Assembly: GCF_016432865.1 (NCBI RefSeq)
Contig: NC_067398.1
Coordinates: 156,798,001 to 156,862,000, forward strand
DNA: 64,000 bases
Direction of reading: 5' to 3'
Source of the DNA: Antechinus flavipes
Lineage: Eukaryota
Within the stretch, counting starts at the first letter, position 1. Every line of letters begins with the position of its first letter. This document shows, one piece after another, positions 37,062 to 50,164 of the stretch. The notes under the pieces are model-generated. The model saw only the letters and a list, made by a program, of their open reading frames with translations. It did no database searches and was not told the DNA's origin. The translations under genes were made by a program, and so were the position numbers.

Positions 37062-37229
37062 TTTTTTTTTTTTTTTTTTTTGGCTGAGGCAATTTGGGGT
37101 TAGATGACTTGCCTAGGGTCACACATCTAGAAAGTATTAAGTGTCTGAGGCTAGATTTGAATTCAGGTCCTTCTGATTTCAGGGCACTGTGCCCTGTGCC
37201 ATCTATTCACTGTGCCATCTAGCTGCCCC
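37062..37229 (-). mobile_element. WSINE1-like CORE-SINE with 13 bp TSD (1 mismatch)
   Basis: aaaaaattgtcat (37049-37061) / aaagaattgtcat (37230-37242) flank poly-T plus the SINE body. Confidence 0.9.
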
Positions 37230-37879
37230 AAAGAATTGTCATATCATGAGACATTTGATCATCTTATTTTCAGTGCTCAAGAAAAGCATTTGTTAAAAAA
37301 AAAGTCATTAAAAATATTAATTCATGTGCTAGCATGTATTACAGGGGATAATGAAGTAGTCATATTCTTGAAAAAACATAAGATAATTCATGTTAACTTA
37401 GTATATGCTGTAAACTAGATGAAAAAGATTGTATAATTTTGCAGAAAAATGATATAAATTGATCAGAAAAAGTTAGTTGGGCTGGTCACATAGTAACTAA
37501 AAAGGAATAGGCAATGAACAAATAGACTATTTCTCTATTGGAAATCAGCAAGTATTAAGACATCTAAAGTAAGGACTTTTAACACAAGGAGTTATACTTC
37601 CTCTGGAAGTTTTATGAAAACACATGGATAAGAGTCACAGGGGATGAGATGGCAGGAGTAAATTGCTCACAGTGCTATTAAGAGGAAGACTCCTGTTAAT
37701 GAACTCATGTTTCATCAGTAACTTTAATACAAATGTAAGTACTAGAGAGGAGGTTGGGACATATATACTTAATTTTACATGTCTAAAAAATATTTGAGCA
37801 TAATCTACCCATACATTGAGGACATCCTTAATGTGGTTTAAAAGGAATCAGTCACCCATTATGGATCCAATCTTGTTTT

Positions 37880-38700
37880 TATTGATGTCTTTTGTTTTAA
37901 AAATTATTTTCTGGTACATAACATTTTTCTTCTTCTCCTTTATGATAAAAATTTAACGAGAAAGAGGAAAAAAAAAGTTTGGTAAAACCAATCCAGCTGT
38001 GTTTGATAAATCATGCAATCGTATCCTGTCCTCACTCCTTCAAATCCTGTACTTCTTCAGTGAAAGAGCCACATATTTTTAAGTCTTCTTTAGAGCCAAG
38101 CTTGGTCTATGTAATTCCACAGCATTCTATTTTGGTTTCTGTTCTTTCCATTTACAGAACAGAAATCATTGTTATTTTTGTTTTCCTGCTTCTGCCTACT
38201 TTACTTAATAAATTCATGTTCTTCCAATGCTTCTTTGAATTCTTCAGTCATCATTACTTATAATATAATAATGTTATATTATATTCATGTCATACAGTTT
38301 ATGTAGTTGATGGTTTAGCTATTTTGTTTTCAGTTCTTTGTTACTACAAAGCATTTCTCTTTTAATATTTTGCATTTGAAAAATGGGATTTTTCTTTACT
38401 TCATCTCCTTCAACGTTTATTTCCAACAGTGGGCTCTCAGGATCAAATGCAATGGATATTTTTGTCTTGTTAAAAAAAATTCCAAGTTACTTTCTAAAAT
38501 GTTTGAATCAATTTTCAGTTCCATCAGTATTATCTGTCATAGTTTTATCTTTCAGAAGATACTCCAACATTTTTTCTGTCTTTTGTTATTGGTAATTTGC
38601 TAGGTATAAGGTGGAAATCTCATGTTTTTAAAATTTCTATTTCCATTATTACTGACTTGGGAAATTTTCATATAGTTATTAAGTTTGTAGCTTTTTTAAA
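37880..38700 (-). mobile_element. Old L1 3' region
   Basis: gagccaagcttggtctatgtaattccacagcattc, tctgcctactttactt, caagttactttctaaaatg resemble a reversed L1 3' end. Confidence 0.6.
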
Positions 38701-41649
38701 ATAGTTTTTTCCACATTCTTTGATGACTTACTTAGGTCTACTAGGGAATAGATTTTATAGATCACATCTTTATTGTAACACAGTTGACTGAGAGGTTTAG
38801 TGAATACAGGATCCCACAATGCTTAGTGTTTCACAATAAAAGCATTAGATTTGCACAAGCAAAAGTCCTCCTTAAAGTTAATTTCCCAAGAGTGTTTCTC
38901 CAGTGCACGTGTTAAAATCATACAAGATTCTTTGAATGATGTGATCGAATTTTTTTTAACTCTCTGCTTTTTAATATCAAGCAAAGTATAAAGCAGGGAA
39001 ACATTTTAATCAAAAATATTTGTTGCTTCCATAAAAGATGTACATAAAAGAGTCCAAATAGAAGAAGTCTTCCTCTTAAAGGGAGAGAAGTACATATATC
39101 TCGAACTGTAGTTGTTACAATAAATTGAGTTCAATATAGAACATGAAATATAATTCAAGCTGAATTGCCAATTGTAAACACTGTAGAGCTTTTAGTGATT
39201 TAAGCTTTTCTTCACAATAAAAATCTATTTTTTAAAATACCATTTAATATCTTAGTGACTTCACAGTTTCTAAAGAATATCCTATGCCCTGTTGATGGAA
39301 TTGTGAACTTATCCAACTATTTTGTAAAGGGAGAGAATTGAGGACTCAAAATATTTTTTAAAACAATATTAAAAATCATTTTTACATGCAATTGGAAAAA
39401 TATATTATTACTCAAGAGAAGAAAAAAACAGTATTGTGCCACACTTCCGTGATGGTGAAGAGGGATATGGTTGGACAGGAGTAGACCACAAAATATTATT
39501 GAAGAATTATATAGAAGGAATTTTCTAAAGGTTTGAATAATGAAATATATAATCCGGAAAGGATATGGACTTGTCATGAGAGTAAGGAATAACCCATATA
39601 TAGCCCGTATATTTTAGTGTATTCTTGTAACAACAAGGGATTGGGAAGACTGTCAGGCCTCCTGTGGATTCCCTATTAGAGAATTTATAGGACGCTACAG
39701 GATCAGAGTCTACAGGAGAGGAAAAAACATGGGTGTGTTGATAACTCTATTGTTGGAATACTTAGATTAGCAAGTTCACAGACCTATCACTGTCAAAATT
39801 AAGTATATTTAAAAGTAGTAAGAACAGAGAGACATTAGCTGGTTAGCCTGAGAGGTATTTCATGATAATTGTCTATCAAAGCAAAGATTAAGGGAATTGA
39901 CATCTGAGCTACAAGAAATGTGATTACCACATTTAATCTATCACCTCTCTAAAATGCCTTCGCTTAAGACATTGGATTTTAGGCTTAATTTTCAATTTAA
40001 TAAATCCAACCAGCTGAAAACTCATAATAACTAGATAAAATAATAAAAGCAATGATTAAAAATGAGATGCTTAAAATAGTCATTAACATGTATACATATG
40101 GCACAGTTTTTTATTAAAATACTAATATACTTTTCTATAAGTAGAGGCATCCATGTTTTCCCTTAACTCCCCCCCTCACCCTTTGTAGTAGCGAAATATA
40201 CCATAAAGATTGCCTTGTAAATAATCCTACTAATTATATCTGATTCCCTAGAGTATTTTAAGTCAGAATATCAATCTCAGGAAATTTGTGAAAGAGTATT
40301 GGGAATTTTTTTTATTAGTAGTAATTTTATATACATATATGTATATGTATGTATATATATACACACCAGGAATTAGAGGAAAGCTTTGATCTGTGATTCC
40401 CAAGAATAGAACTAAAGTCAGTGACAACATTTGAAATAGATCATTTCATACCTTTTTTCCTTTAAACCTGTAGATTTTTAAATGAATTTATTAGTGTTCT
40501 TCAAAATTCTATCAAACCCAGTCAGACTAGTATCTGTAAGGATCCCAAAGAAAAACAGGTCTTGGGTATATCAAACTTTTCATAGCACCACTCCTTTTAG
40601 GAGTAAAGAACTGAAACAAAGTAGACAGATACCGAATGGGGACAGTAATTGAAAAAAACCCCTAAGATAGAAGAATATATTAGGAAATTATGATAGAATT
40701 CAGAGAAACATAAGAAGATCTACATTAACTTATTCAAAGCAAAATAAGTACAATCAAGAGAACAATATCTCCTGTGACTGCAACTGTTAGGTAGGGAAAC
40801 TACAAACACAGAAAATTGTCTACATTGTTAGATGCAGTCACTGAATTAAATCTTCATGTTTTAATATTTTCTTGGTCACAAAGGAGGAATCAACCTGAAG
40901 AAGTGTGTGGCTTAAAATGATATATAGAGGCAAAGGATATCAAAAAGCAATAAATTAGATGGTAGCTGCTATCAGAATTAATGTGCTAGTTAATCAAATT
41001 AATGTTACCTAATTTAGATAAAATTTCATTGTAATAATTTTAGGAAATTTGAAGGCCAAAGGTATTAAAGTATAACAAAAACTCATCATATTGTTAGAAA
41101 CAAAAGAAAACCTTTTCTTAAAAATAACTTCTAAGTTATAACTTTCAAATAACCTTAAAAAATAACTTTCAAAAAAACTTCTATTTTGTTTAAATTCTAT
41201 TTATTATGTTGAGATGTGCCCTTCATTTTGCTCCAAAATGCATAGTATTACATTAAATCGGTGCCCAAATTTGTTGTATTAATGTTGTTATAAATTTCAC
41301 TTTTCTTAGGCTGATGAGATTGTCATTTTCAGTGATAAGGTGCCTAATGGACCCTAGATCCAGGAAGAATAATCCTTTTATAGCAGTGTTTCTCTGAAGT
41401 GTCATGCAGTCCAAAATTTACACACTCTTCTGAAATATCCTAAGAAGTTATTTAATATAGCATAGTATATCAAGCTAAATAAAAGTTAAATCCAACATGA
41501 TTATTCCTATAAAATATATGTATATTTTTAAGTTTACAAATGAATTGTTTCTGTTCTTCAGGATAGACTTTAGTTAGTCTCCTCTCTGAAATGAACAGTT
41601 TGATTAGAACCGTAGATTTATAGCTAGGACAGGTCAAACCTGACTCCTT

Positions 41650-42012
41650 TATTTTAATAATAGCTTTTTATTTTCAAAATACAAGCAAAATTAATTTTCA
41701 ACATTCAACCTTGCAAAATCTTGTATTCGAAGTTTTTCTCCTTTCTCCTCACCCCCCTCCCCTAGACAGCAAATAATCCAATATAGGTTAAAGATTTGTA
41801 ATTCTTCTAAACATGTTTCCACATCATGTTACACATAAAAGATCAGATCAAAAAGGAAAACAAATGAGAAAGGGAAAAAAAAGCAAACAACAAAAAAGGT
41901 GGAAATACTATGTTGTGATCTATATTCAGCACTAGTAGTCCTCTTTCTGGAAATAGATGGCTCCCTCCATCATAAGTCTATTGGAATTTGCCTGGATCAC
42001 CTCATTGTTGAT
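41650..42012 (-). mobile_element. L1 3' UTR fragment (marsupial type)
   Basis: aataatagctttttattttcaaaata...cccctagacagcaaataatccaatataggttaaa...gatcagatcaaaaagg...agatggctccctccatc. Confidence 0.85.
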
Positions 42013-42137
42013 TTTATTTTACATATAAACTGAGGCCCAGTGAAATTGAGACTTGATGATAATCATACTAGTTTACAGAATTAATTACTGTGCTCTTATT
42101 TTCAATACTTATAAACTTTTTGAAAGATTTCATTCCT

Positions 42138-42288
42138 GTTTTTTTTTTTTTTTTTTTTTTTTTTGCTAAGGCAACTGGGGGTAAGTGACTTGCCCAGAGT
42201 CACACAACTAGGAAGTGTTAAGTGTCTGAGAGCAGATTTGAACTCAGGTCAGGCTAGTGCTTTATCCACTGCTCCACCTAGCTGCTCC
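42138..42288 (-). mobile_element. WSINE1-like CORE-SINE
   Basis: Poly-T, then gctaaggcaactgggggtaagtgacttgcccagagtcacac...ttatccactgctccacctagctgc. Confidence 0.9.
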
Positions 42289-42519
42289 TGTTTTCATTAT
42301 TTTTGAAAATAAGCTTGACCATTTAAGAATAAACTTTGAAAGCCTAGTTAATTTGGGATTGCACAGCAAGCTTTTCATTAAGTAGGGAAAAAAGAATCTC
42401 AGGAAATAATTTTGTGTCTGTTTGTTTACAGAAATTATTACTCTTGGTTCTTATGCTCTTATAATTTCCTATACAAATCTTTTTTTACAAAATAATATTT
42501 CCATCAGTGCAACTTGGAG

Positions 42520-42905
42520 GCCACATTTTCCTTCCAATTTGTCCTTTTGTCCATCATGCTGAGTCCATAGCTTTTGCATACTCCTTATGATTCCAGGAAC
42601 CAGTTCTTTTGCTGTGTGTCTTGTATGCTTTTGTGATATTCCAAGATTGTGCGAGATACCACTAAAGTATCTTCCCCAACTCTGTCATGTCCTGCCTCCT
42701 TTAAGGATTTGCTACTGTGATGTTTTGGGTTTTGCAATCTGAGTAAGTAGCCCTTCCCCTGGAATGATTGCACTGAGCCACCTGTAGATCATACAAAGCT
42801 ACCCCATGGCACAATGAAAGTGAAAGCCACTGTGGAGCAGTGGTTTTTCCCAGCTCAGTACTGCTTTACTTACTTCCTGACAGTAGCTACCCAAGTAGCG
42901 TCTTC
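42520..42905 (-). mobile_element. Probable 5' fragment of an RTE-like LINE
   Basis: Reverse strand ggttcctggaatcataaggagtatg resembles the GTWNVRSM endonuclease start; the upstream part is UTR-like. Confidence 0.4.
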
Positions 42906-44025
42906 ATGTTCTTAGAATCCTTTTAATCTTTCACTTACTCCAGGTACCAAAATCCGTAATTTTTTATTCTAGTCCCAGTGCAACTCATTTCTTATTAAGA
43001 CAGCCTTATCAGGAAGTTTTTCCTTTTATCAAACCAGTATCTATTTTACTTTTTACATGTTACTCTTAATTTTGCTAATGCTACCCAAAAGTTGATTAAT
43101 TACTCTTCCTGAATTGAGTATTCAAATATTGTCATCTTCTCTCAAGTCTTATGTACTCTACATACTTTATTCCTTCAGCTCATTCTTACATTATATGAGG
43201 TATAATTCAAAGTCTTTCTACCATTCTCGTCATTACTCTTTGGATATGGCAGTCATTCAGATGTTGTCTGAGTACAGAAAAACCATTACATCCCTTGATC
43301 CAAACGTTACTTTCCATTCCATGTAAGATCATGTACCTTGTTTCCCCTTGCTGTGTCGCATTACCCCTAGATTTTTTTTTAGATAAACTCACATTCAGCC
43401 ATATCTTCTTCATATTATACTTTTGAAACATTTAAAATCTAATTCTAAGACTGTCCAATGATTTCTTTTAGATTTTTCTTTTATTTTCTAAATTTTCTTG
43501 TAGTTTGTCCAAGATCTCCACACAAGTTCTCTCTACTTCTACATAATCAGAAGATATTTACTCAAAACCCTAATAGAAATAGAAGTTGTCCTTAGCTTTT
43601 ATCTGCTACATTTTAAATTAAAATGAATTTAGATAAATACGTACATGGAATTGTTCTAAGTTCTATACAAAATAAGGTAAAGAAAATAGATTCTTACTAT
43701 GTTGTCAAGTTTTAGAATAATAATAATAATGATAGGAAGATTAATGGACATAGATAAATAAGATCAATTAGCAATTGCTTGTCGTTTTTTATATTAAGAA
43801 GTAGATATTGATGGGAGTGGTGATGGTAGTAGCTACTTTTTCCATAAACAGTAGAAAAGAGTATTTGTAGATATGAAAGTATTTTGCCATATACAAGCCT
43901 ACTTGTTCTAACATTCACCATATCCAATAAATGTCATGCCAACTTCTTGAATAGAGGTTTTGAAGAACCATCTAATCTCAGTTCATTCTTTTACTCCTAA
44001 TAAACTTCCCCAAATTATCCTGACA

Positions 44026-44185
44026 GGGAAGCTAAATGATACAGTGGTTAGAGAATCAGTTTTGGAGTCAGGAAGGCCTGAGTTCAAATTCGGCTTCAGA
44101 CACTTAATACTTCCTAATTGTGTGCCCCTGAATAAGTCAACTCCAATTGCTTGTCCAAAAACCTTCCACAAAAAAGCAAACCCCC
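44026..44185 (+). mobile_element. WSINE1/SINE1-like CORE-SINE (older copy)
   Basis: gggaagctaaatgatacagtggttagag...ggagtcaggaaggcctgagttcaaattcggcttcagacacttaatacttcct. Confidence 0.85.
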
Positions 44186-44439
44186 AAATGTTATTAAAAC
44201 CCAAAAACATTACTATTAAAGATATTATGCTGTATCTTAGACCTCCAGAAAAGTTCTGTTAATTAGGCATATACATAAATTTAATTCATTGATAAAACAT
44301 TAGGTTGGCTTTTAAGGTTTTTTAATTATGTATTTGAAAACACCAGTATTTGAGGTATGTTTCATTTTTGTCTCAGCTATTTTTGAAACAAATATTATGA
44401 TAAAGTAGACTTAGGATGACCCCTTGGAACAAAGGTTCC

Positions 44440-44640
44440 ACAAAAGATCTGTAGATGGATTTCAGGAATTTGCTGACTTTGAATGAGAAAAAAAAAACAA
44501 AAAACTTCTTTATTTCATTATAATTGGTTTCCTCTATAATTCTGTGCATTTTATTTTAGGCATTTAAAAACTTTAATTTAAGAAGGGGTCTTTATCATTC
44601 TGCCAAAAAGGTCCATCACAAAAATTGTTAAGAACTCCTT
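44440..44640 (-). mobile_element. Old hAT MITE, same family as 11348-11523
   Basis: ataattggtttcctctataattctgtgcattttattttaggcatttaaaa...gttaagaactcct. Confidence 0.6.
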
Positions 44641-47600
44641 CCATGGACAGTTTGTTTGAATGTTTGTTTATTTTGAATAAATCTATAAACAAATTGGAGC
44701 CATATTTTGTTTTTAAAAGGCACTGTAATATACTTACCTACTTTTTGAACTAGAGATTCTACTATAGGGCATATACTACAAGAAAGACTGATGCCCTAAG
44801 GTATCAAAATACTCTTAGCAATCCTAGAAATAAAATGGGTACCTATCAATTTGGGAATGATTATACAAGTTGTGGTATATGGCTATCATAGAATATTATT
44901 GAATCATAATCAGTAGAGTAATTCAGAGAAACATGAGAAGACTGATATAGATTGATGCAAAATGAAGAAAGAATTAACTATAATAATATAAATTAAAAAA
45001 AAATAACTCTCAGAGGCATACAGAATTGTAATGATCTGCGATAGTCCACAGAATAGATTCTTAAACATGCTTCTTTTCAGTAAATTATAGGATTTGGTTT
45101 CCATGTTGAATAGGCATTTGATTTGGCAGTGTTCACAATATTAGACATTTGTTTGCTTTGGTTGTTATTCTTTATAATGATTACAGAGGATTCTTGGTAT
45201 AGTGGGAGGTAGAAGACTGGGATTTATAGGAGAGAGAGGAGAATTTTTACTTGTGTAAAATGAAAAGGCATCACTAAAATTTAATAAAATGACACATCCC
45301 TAATAACATCTTGTTTTCTTGTCATTTGCCATTTTTTCCTTAAAGTAGTTTGTAGAAAGAAATCTTAAGGTATTATTGTAGACCAGTTCTTAGACAAATA
45401 TTTGCTTGACAAAATACTGTGGCTAAAATCTTATATTTAAACATTTAAAATTCTTATATCAATAATACTTTGTTACATATTCTGATTTTGAATTTTTCAT
45501 CTTTTTGGAGAATCTTTCATTTGTTTTAAGTGCTACCTTTGAAGCATATTTCTTCTGGAATTAAAAAGTACACCATCAGGAAATAAATAAAATTTCGTAT
45601 AATGTTTGATGACACAGGTAGGGATTTCATACCATAAAAGAGCCCTTGAAAGGTGTTACTGCATAAAAGACCATTCAGTAACACTGAAATAGCATTTGGA
45701 GTACTTCTTGCCAGGTGTTTTACTAATAGCCTGTTTCACTAGTTCCTCTCCGTGCCACTTTTGTATTTCCAGATACTTGTTTGAAAAGTATCTTGTGTTT
45801 GGGCACAAAAACATTAGATCTAATTTGTTATTTGTTTATAGTTTGTTTAGATGCCTACAGATTACTTTCACAAATTTAAATAAATAAAAATGGTTGTTGG
45901 TGAGATTTATTTTAGAGTACTACGTTGTGAAATCAGCATATTGTTGAAACACGATAGCTTTTAAATTTGAGCTTTTTACAAAATGATCCTTAATATCTTC
46001 TTAGATGTCTTTCTATAACTGCTCAGACATCATTGTTCTTTTTTGCTGGCAACTTAATGGGTTAAAATGGCAACGGAAACTGCCTGATCATCCAGGGTCT
46101 GAAAAGTGCACTTACCCACTTGCTCAGGGCATTTAGAATAAAGAACTGGGCAAAGTAATAGACAATCCTGTTTGCCTTTGAAGAGAATGCAAAGCAGGGC
46201 TACATAATGAAAGTATGATTTCCTGTGTGTGTGTGTGTTTTTTTTCCCCCCAGTTCAAGGTTCCCACTTAGGCTGTGATTGAAAAGACTGTGGAGAATAA
46301 AAAGTGGCTATTTTTCTTGTTTGCTGTTTTTTTCCCCCTGCTTTTAAACTCTACAAAAATAGTGAAGATAATATCATACTCAGGACTGTGTGGGTTGAGA
46401 ATAGAGAGACTTAAACTGTCAAGATAGTAGAATTCTTCAATTCCTATAGAAAGTAGTTATGGGGAATTATCATGTCCATCCTTTTCTGCTGCTCATTAGA
46501 TTTATTATTCTAAAAAAAAAAGTTCAAATATTTTGCAATTGTTGTTGATCTTTGTTGCAGAAAACATTTTCTCCATTTATGCAGAAATATAGCCACCTTG
46601 ATTCTAAAATACCTCCAAATATCACTAAATTGTGCTCTTTAATTAATCTCCATTGTTATGCAGGTTATCCTAAACTTAAATCTTATTTTGCATAATTTTT
46701 CTTTTATTTACTCAGTAAATGGTTTAGATACATTGAGTGCTTGGAATGTTCATTTTTATTTAGAACTTAGTAGTCTCAGAAAAAAGGATTGGATTCTCCC
46801 ATATTAATATATAGCTGTGATTCCTATGCAAGTTATTTTTGATGGGAGTTATCTTTTAAAAAGGTACAAATATGATTGATGAGTTTTAGAAGAAAATTAC
46901 CCAAAGTGGGTCTGGGGGGGACTTTGCAAATGGTGCTGTGTCATAGAATTTTAATTTTTAAAGTGTTCAAGAAAATAGTTAGCATAAATCTAGAGTAACT
47001 GAAATAAGAAGCTATCCCTCTATTCTTATTTAGAGAGACCTGAGTTATGTCAAGCAACTTGAACAGCTTTCATACTGGAAAATTTAATGTACCACTCAAT
47101 TACTATTCTTTAGCCCAATTTAAAATAATAGATTGGGAGTAAGGTCTTAATGTGGTGTAGCCTTTGGAACATTAGAAATAACCTCTTTCTCTTATGAATT
47201 CAGTATATAGTAATTTTATCAGTTTTATTGTATTGCATGAGTAGATTTCATATGACATTTGAAACTTTTATTTGGTATTCATATAACAATTTCCTTTCAT
47301 ATTCAACATATTCCCAAACATGTTTTTTAAATGATATTTTTGTTCTGGCATAATAAAGTATATAATATTCACCCTTTAAAGCTAGGTTTATGCATTGATA
47401 CACATTGGAATTTTGCTACATAGTACTATATTTTATCAATCTTGATCAATAAGGTGATCTTTTAGAGTACATTTACTTTGGGATTTAATTATTAAAGTCT
47501 AAGTAGACCTCATCATAAGGAAGTTTCTTCTCTCAAGTCTTCGTAGTCATTGACCCTAAGGACAGTGCAGTAGCAAAATTTAAATTTAATATAGGTAGCT

Positions 47601-47659
47601 TACTAAAGCCATTTAAAATAGACCTTGAACTGGGGAAAAAAAGGTCTCTATATTGCCCT

Positions 47660-47825
47660 AAGTATAATAAATATCATAAATAAATAAAACAGATATGATA
47701 ATAAATAAACAAAATATATAAATAAATGAAATTTATTTATATCTATATAATCAATAAAATAAATACATAAATAAGAGAAATTATAATATTGCAAATAATA
47801 TAATATTGCAAATAAAAGAAAAAGA
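47660..47825. repeat. A/T-rich low-complexity tract
   Basis: ataaataa motifs and tandem tataatattgcaaataa x2. Confidence 0.85.
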
Positions 47826-48325
47826 TGGCTTTGAATTATTTTTCTAAGCAAAGATCAAAGGCTACCCAATGGAGGTGCTCTTTCCCTTGAAATTCTGTAA
47901 ATGAATCCTAATTCAGTTTCTACATTGGAGGGGAATAAATTGCCAATATATAAAGAGCCTAATGGGGTTCAGGGTTGGAAGAATGGCCTTTAATTTTCAC
48001 TATAGCTAAGTAGAGATATGCATATAGATGTATATATTTTCTAATAAGCAATATCAATTCCTTTGCATTTCCCAATGGAAAGATAGCACTTGAACTTATA
48101 ATACTCTGAGAGGCAGACATATCTTTATATACATAATAAGAAAGGTGATAGGAACCACAAACCAGACACTATGAAATGAATTGAAAAAGTCACTGTTTAA
48201 TAGCAGTAATACCAAAATGTAAGCTTATTCTTAGAGCAGATAGACTTATTTAACACACTTAATTCTGTATCAATTTTAAGAGTAATGTGCCTAAAGAATG
48301 AGATTATAAATAAATTAGAATAATA

Positions 48326-49627
48326 CAGGATAGGTTATCTATTAGACCTGTGAAAGAAGAAGGAATTTGTGACCAAAGAAGAACTAGAGATCATTATTGA
48401 ACACAAAATAGAAAATTTGGATTATATCAAATTGAAGTTTTTGTACAAACAAAACTAATGTAGATAAGATTAGAAGGGAAGCAATAAACTGGGAAATATT
48501 TTTATAGTCAAAGGTTCTGATAAAGGTCTCATTTCCAAAATATATAGAAAATTGGCTCTAATTTATAAGAAATCAAGCCATTAGCCAATTGATAAATGGT
48601 CAAAGGATATGAACAGATAATTTTCAGATGAAGAAATTGAAACTATTTCTAGCCATATAAAAGTTGCTCCAAGTCATTCTTAATCAGAGAAATGCAAATT
48701 AAGACAACCACTACACACTTGTCAGATTGGCTAGAATGACAGGTAAAGATAATGTGGAATATTGAAGTGGATGTGAGAAAACTGGGATACTTGGTACATT
48801 GTTGGTAGAATTGTGAATAGATCCAGCCATTCTGGAGAGCGATTTGGAACTATGCTCAGAAAATTATCAAACTGTGCATATCCTTTGATCCAGCAGTGTT
48901 ACTACTGGGCTTATATCCCAAAGAGATTTTAAAGAAGGGAAAGGGACCTGTATGTGCAAGAATGTTTGTGGCAGGTCTCTTTGTAGTGACCAGAAACTGG
49001 AAACTGAGTGAATGCCCATCAATTGGAGAATGGTTGAATAAATTGTGGTATATGAATGCTATGAAATATTATTGTTTTGTAAGAAATGACCAGCAGGATG
49101 ATTTCAGAAAGTCCTGGAGAGACTTACATGAACTGATGGTAAGTAAAATGAGCAGGACCAGGAGATTATTATATACTTCAACAACAGTACTATATGATGA
49201 TCAATTCTGATGGACATGGCCATCTCCAGCAATGAGATGAACCAAATCAGTTCCAATGGAGCAGTAATGAATTGAACCAGCTACACCCAGCGAAAGAACT
49301 CTGGGAGATGACTATGAACTACTACATAGATAGATCTTAGAGCCCTCTATCTCTCTATTTTTGTCCACCTGCATTTTTGATTTCTTTCACAGGTTAATTG
49401 TACACTATTTCAAAGTCCGACTCTTTATACAGCAAAATAATTGTATGGACATGTATACATATATTGTATTTAACATATACTTTAACATATTTGACATGTA
49501 TTAGTCAACCTGCCATCTGGGGGAGGGGTGAGGGGAAGGAGGGGAAAAATTGAAACAAAAGGTTTTGCAACTGTAAATACTGAAAAATTACCCATGCATA
49601 CATCTTGAAAATAAAAAGCTATAAAAA
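48326..49627 (+). mobile_element. 5'-truncated L1 (ORF2 C-terminus, 3' UTR, A tail), about 1.3 kb, same strand as AP3B1
   Basis: ORF 48896..49210 LLGLYPKEILKKGKGPVCARMFVAGLFVVTRNWKLSECPSIGEWLNKLWYM; AATAAA at 49610-49615; candidate TSD agaataata at 48317-48325 / 49628-49636. Confidence 0.93.
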
Positions 49628-49687
49628 AGAATAATATGTCTGCCTCATTTTTATAACAATATCATTACTATTTTTTTTTTTTTTAAG

Positions 49688-49864
49688 GTTCCTGTGGCTA
49701 GAGCAAGTATTCTTTGGCTACTAGGGGAAAATTGTGAACGTGTTCCTAAAATTGCTCCTGATGTCTTGAGAAAGATGGCTAAAAGCTTCACTAGTGAGGA
49801 TGATCTTGTAAAGCTACAGATTTTAAATCTAGGAGCCAAACTATATTTAACGAACTCAAAGCAG
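49688..49864 (+). CDS. AP3B1: AP3B1 coding exon (177 bp; likely exon 15)
   Basis: ttttaag|GTT...CAG|gtaaga; [59 protein letters not shown]. Confidence 0.97.
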
Positions 49865-50020
49865 GTAAGACTATAAAAATCCAACTCTAAAATTTTCTTC
49901 TAAATTCCTACCTAGTGCTCTTATTAGGCCTGCTTATTTAGTATATTTATAACATACAAAACATACAAAGTTATTGTGAGAGTCAAATATGAAACTGTAA
50001 AGTCTTATATAAAAAATGCT

Positions 50021-50164
50021 GGGGGCAGCTAGGTGGCACAGTGGATAGAGCCCTGAACTCAGGAGGACTTGAGTTCAAATCTGGTCTCAGACACTTAACA
50101 TTTCCTAGCTTTGTGACCCTGGGCAAGTCATTTAACCCCAATTATCTCAGCAAAAACAAAAACA
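50021..50164 (+). mobile_element. WSINE1-like CORE-SINE with 12 bp TSD (1 mismatch)
   Basis: ataaaaaatgct (50009-50020) / ataaaatatgct (50165-50176) flank ggggcagctaggtggcacagtggatagagc...ctcagcaaaaac. Confidence 0.9.

Noticed and set aside
5228-50164. A/B-box-like motifs (tggcacagtgg, gagttcaaatc) suggesting tRNA genes
   Set aside because: All lie in the tRNA-derived heads of CORE-SINEs; no cloverleaf.
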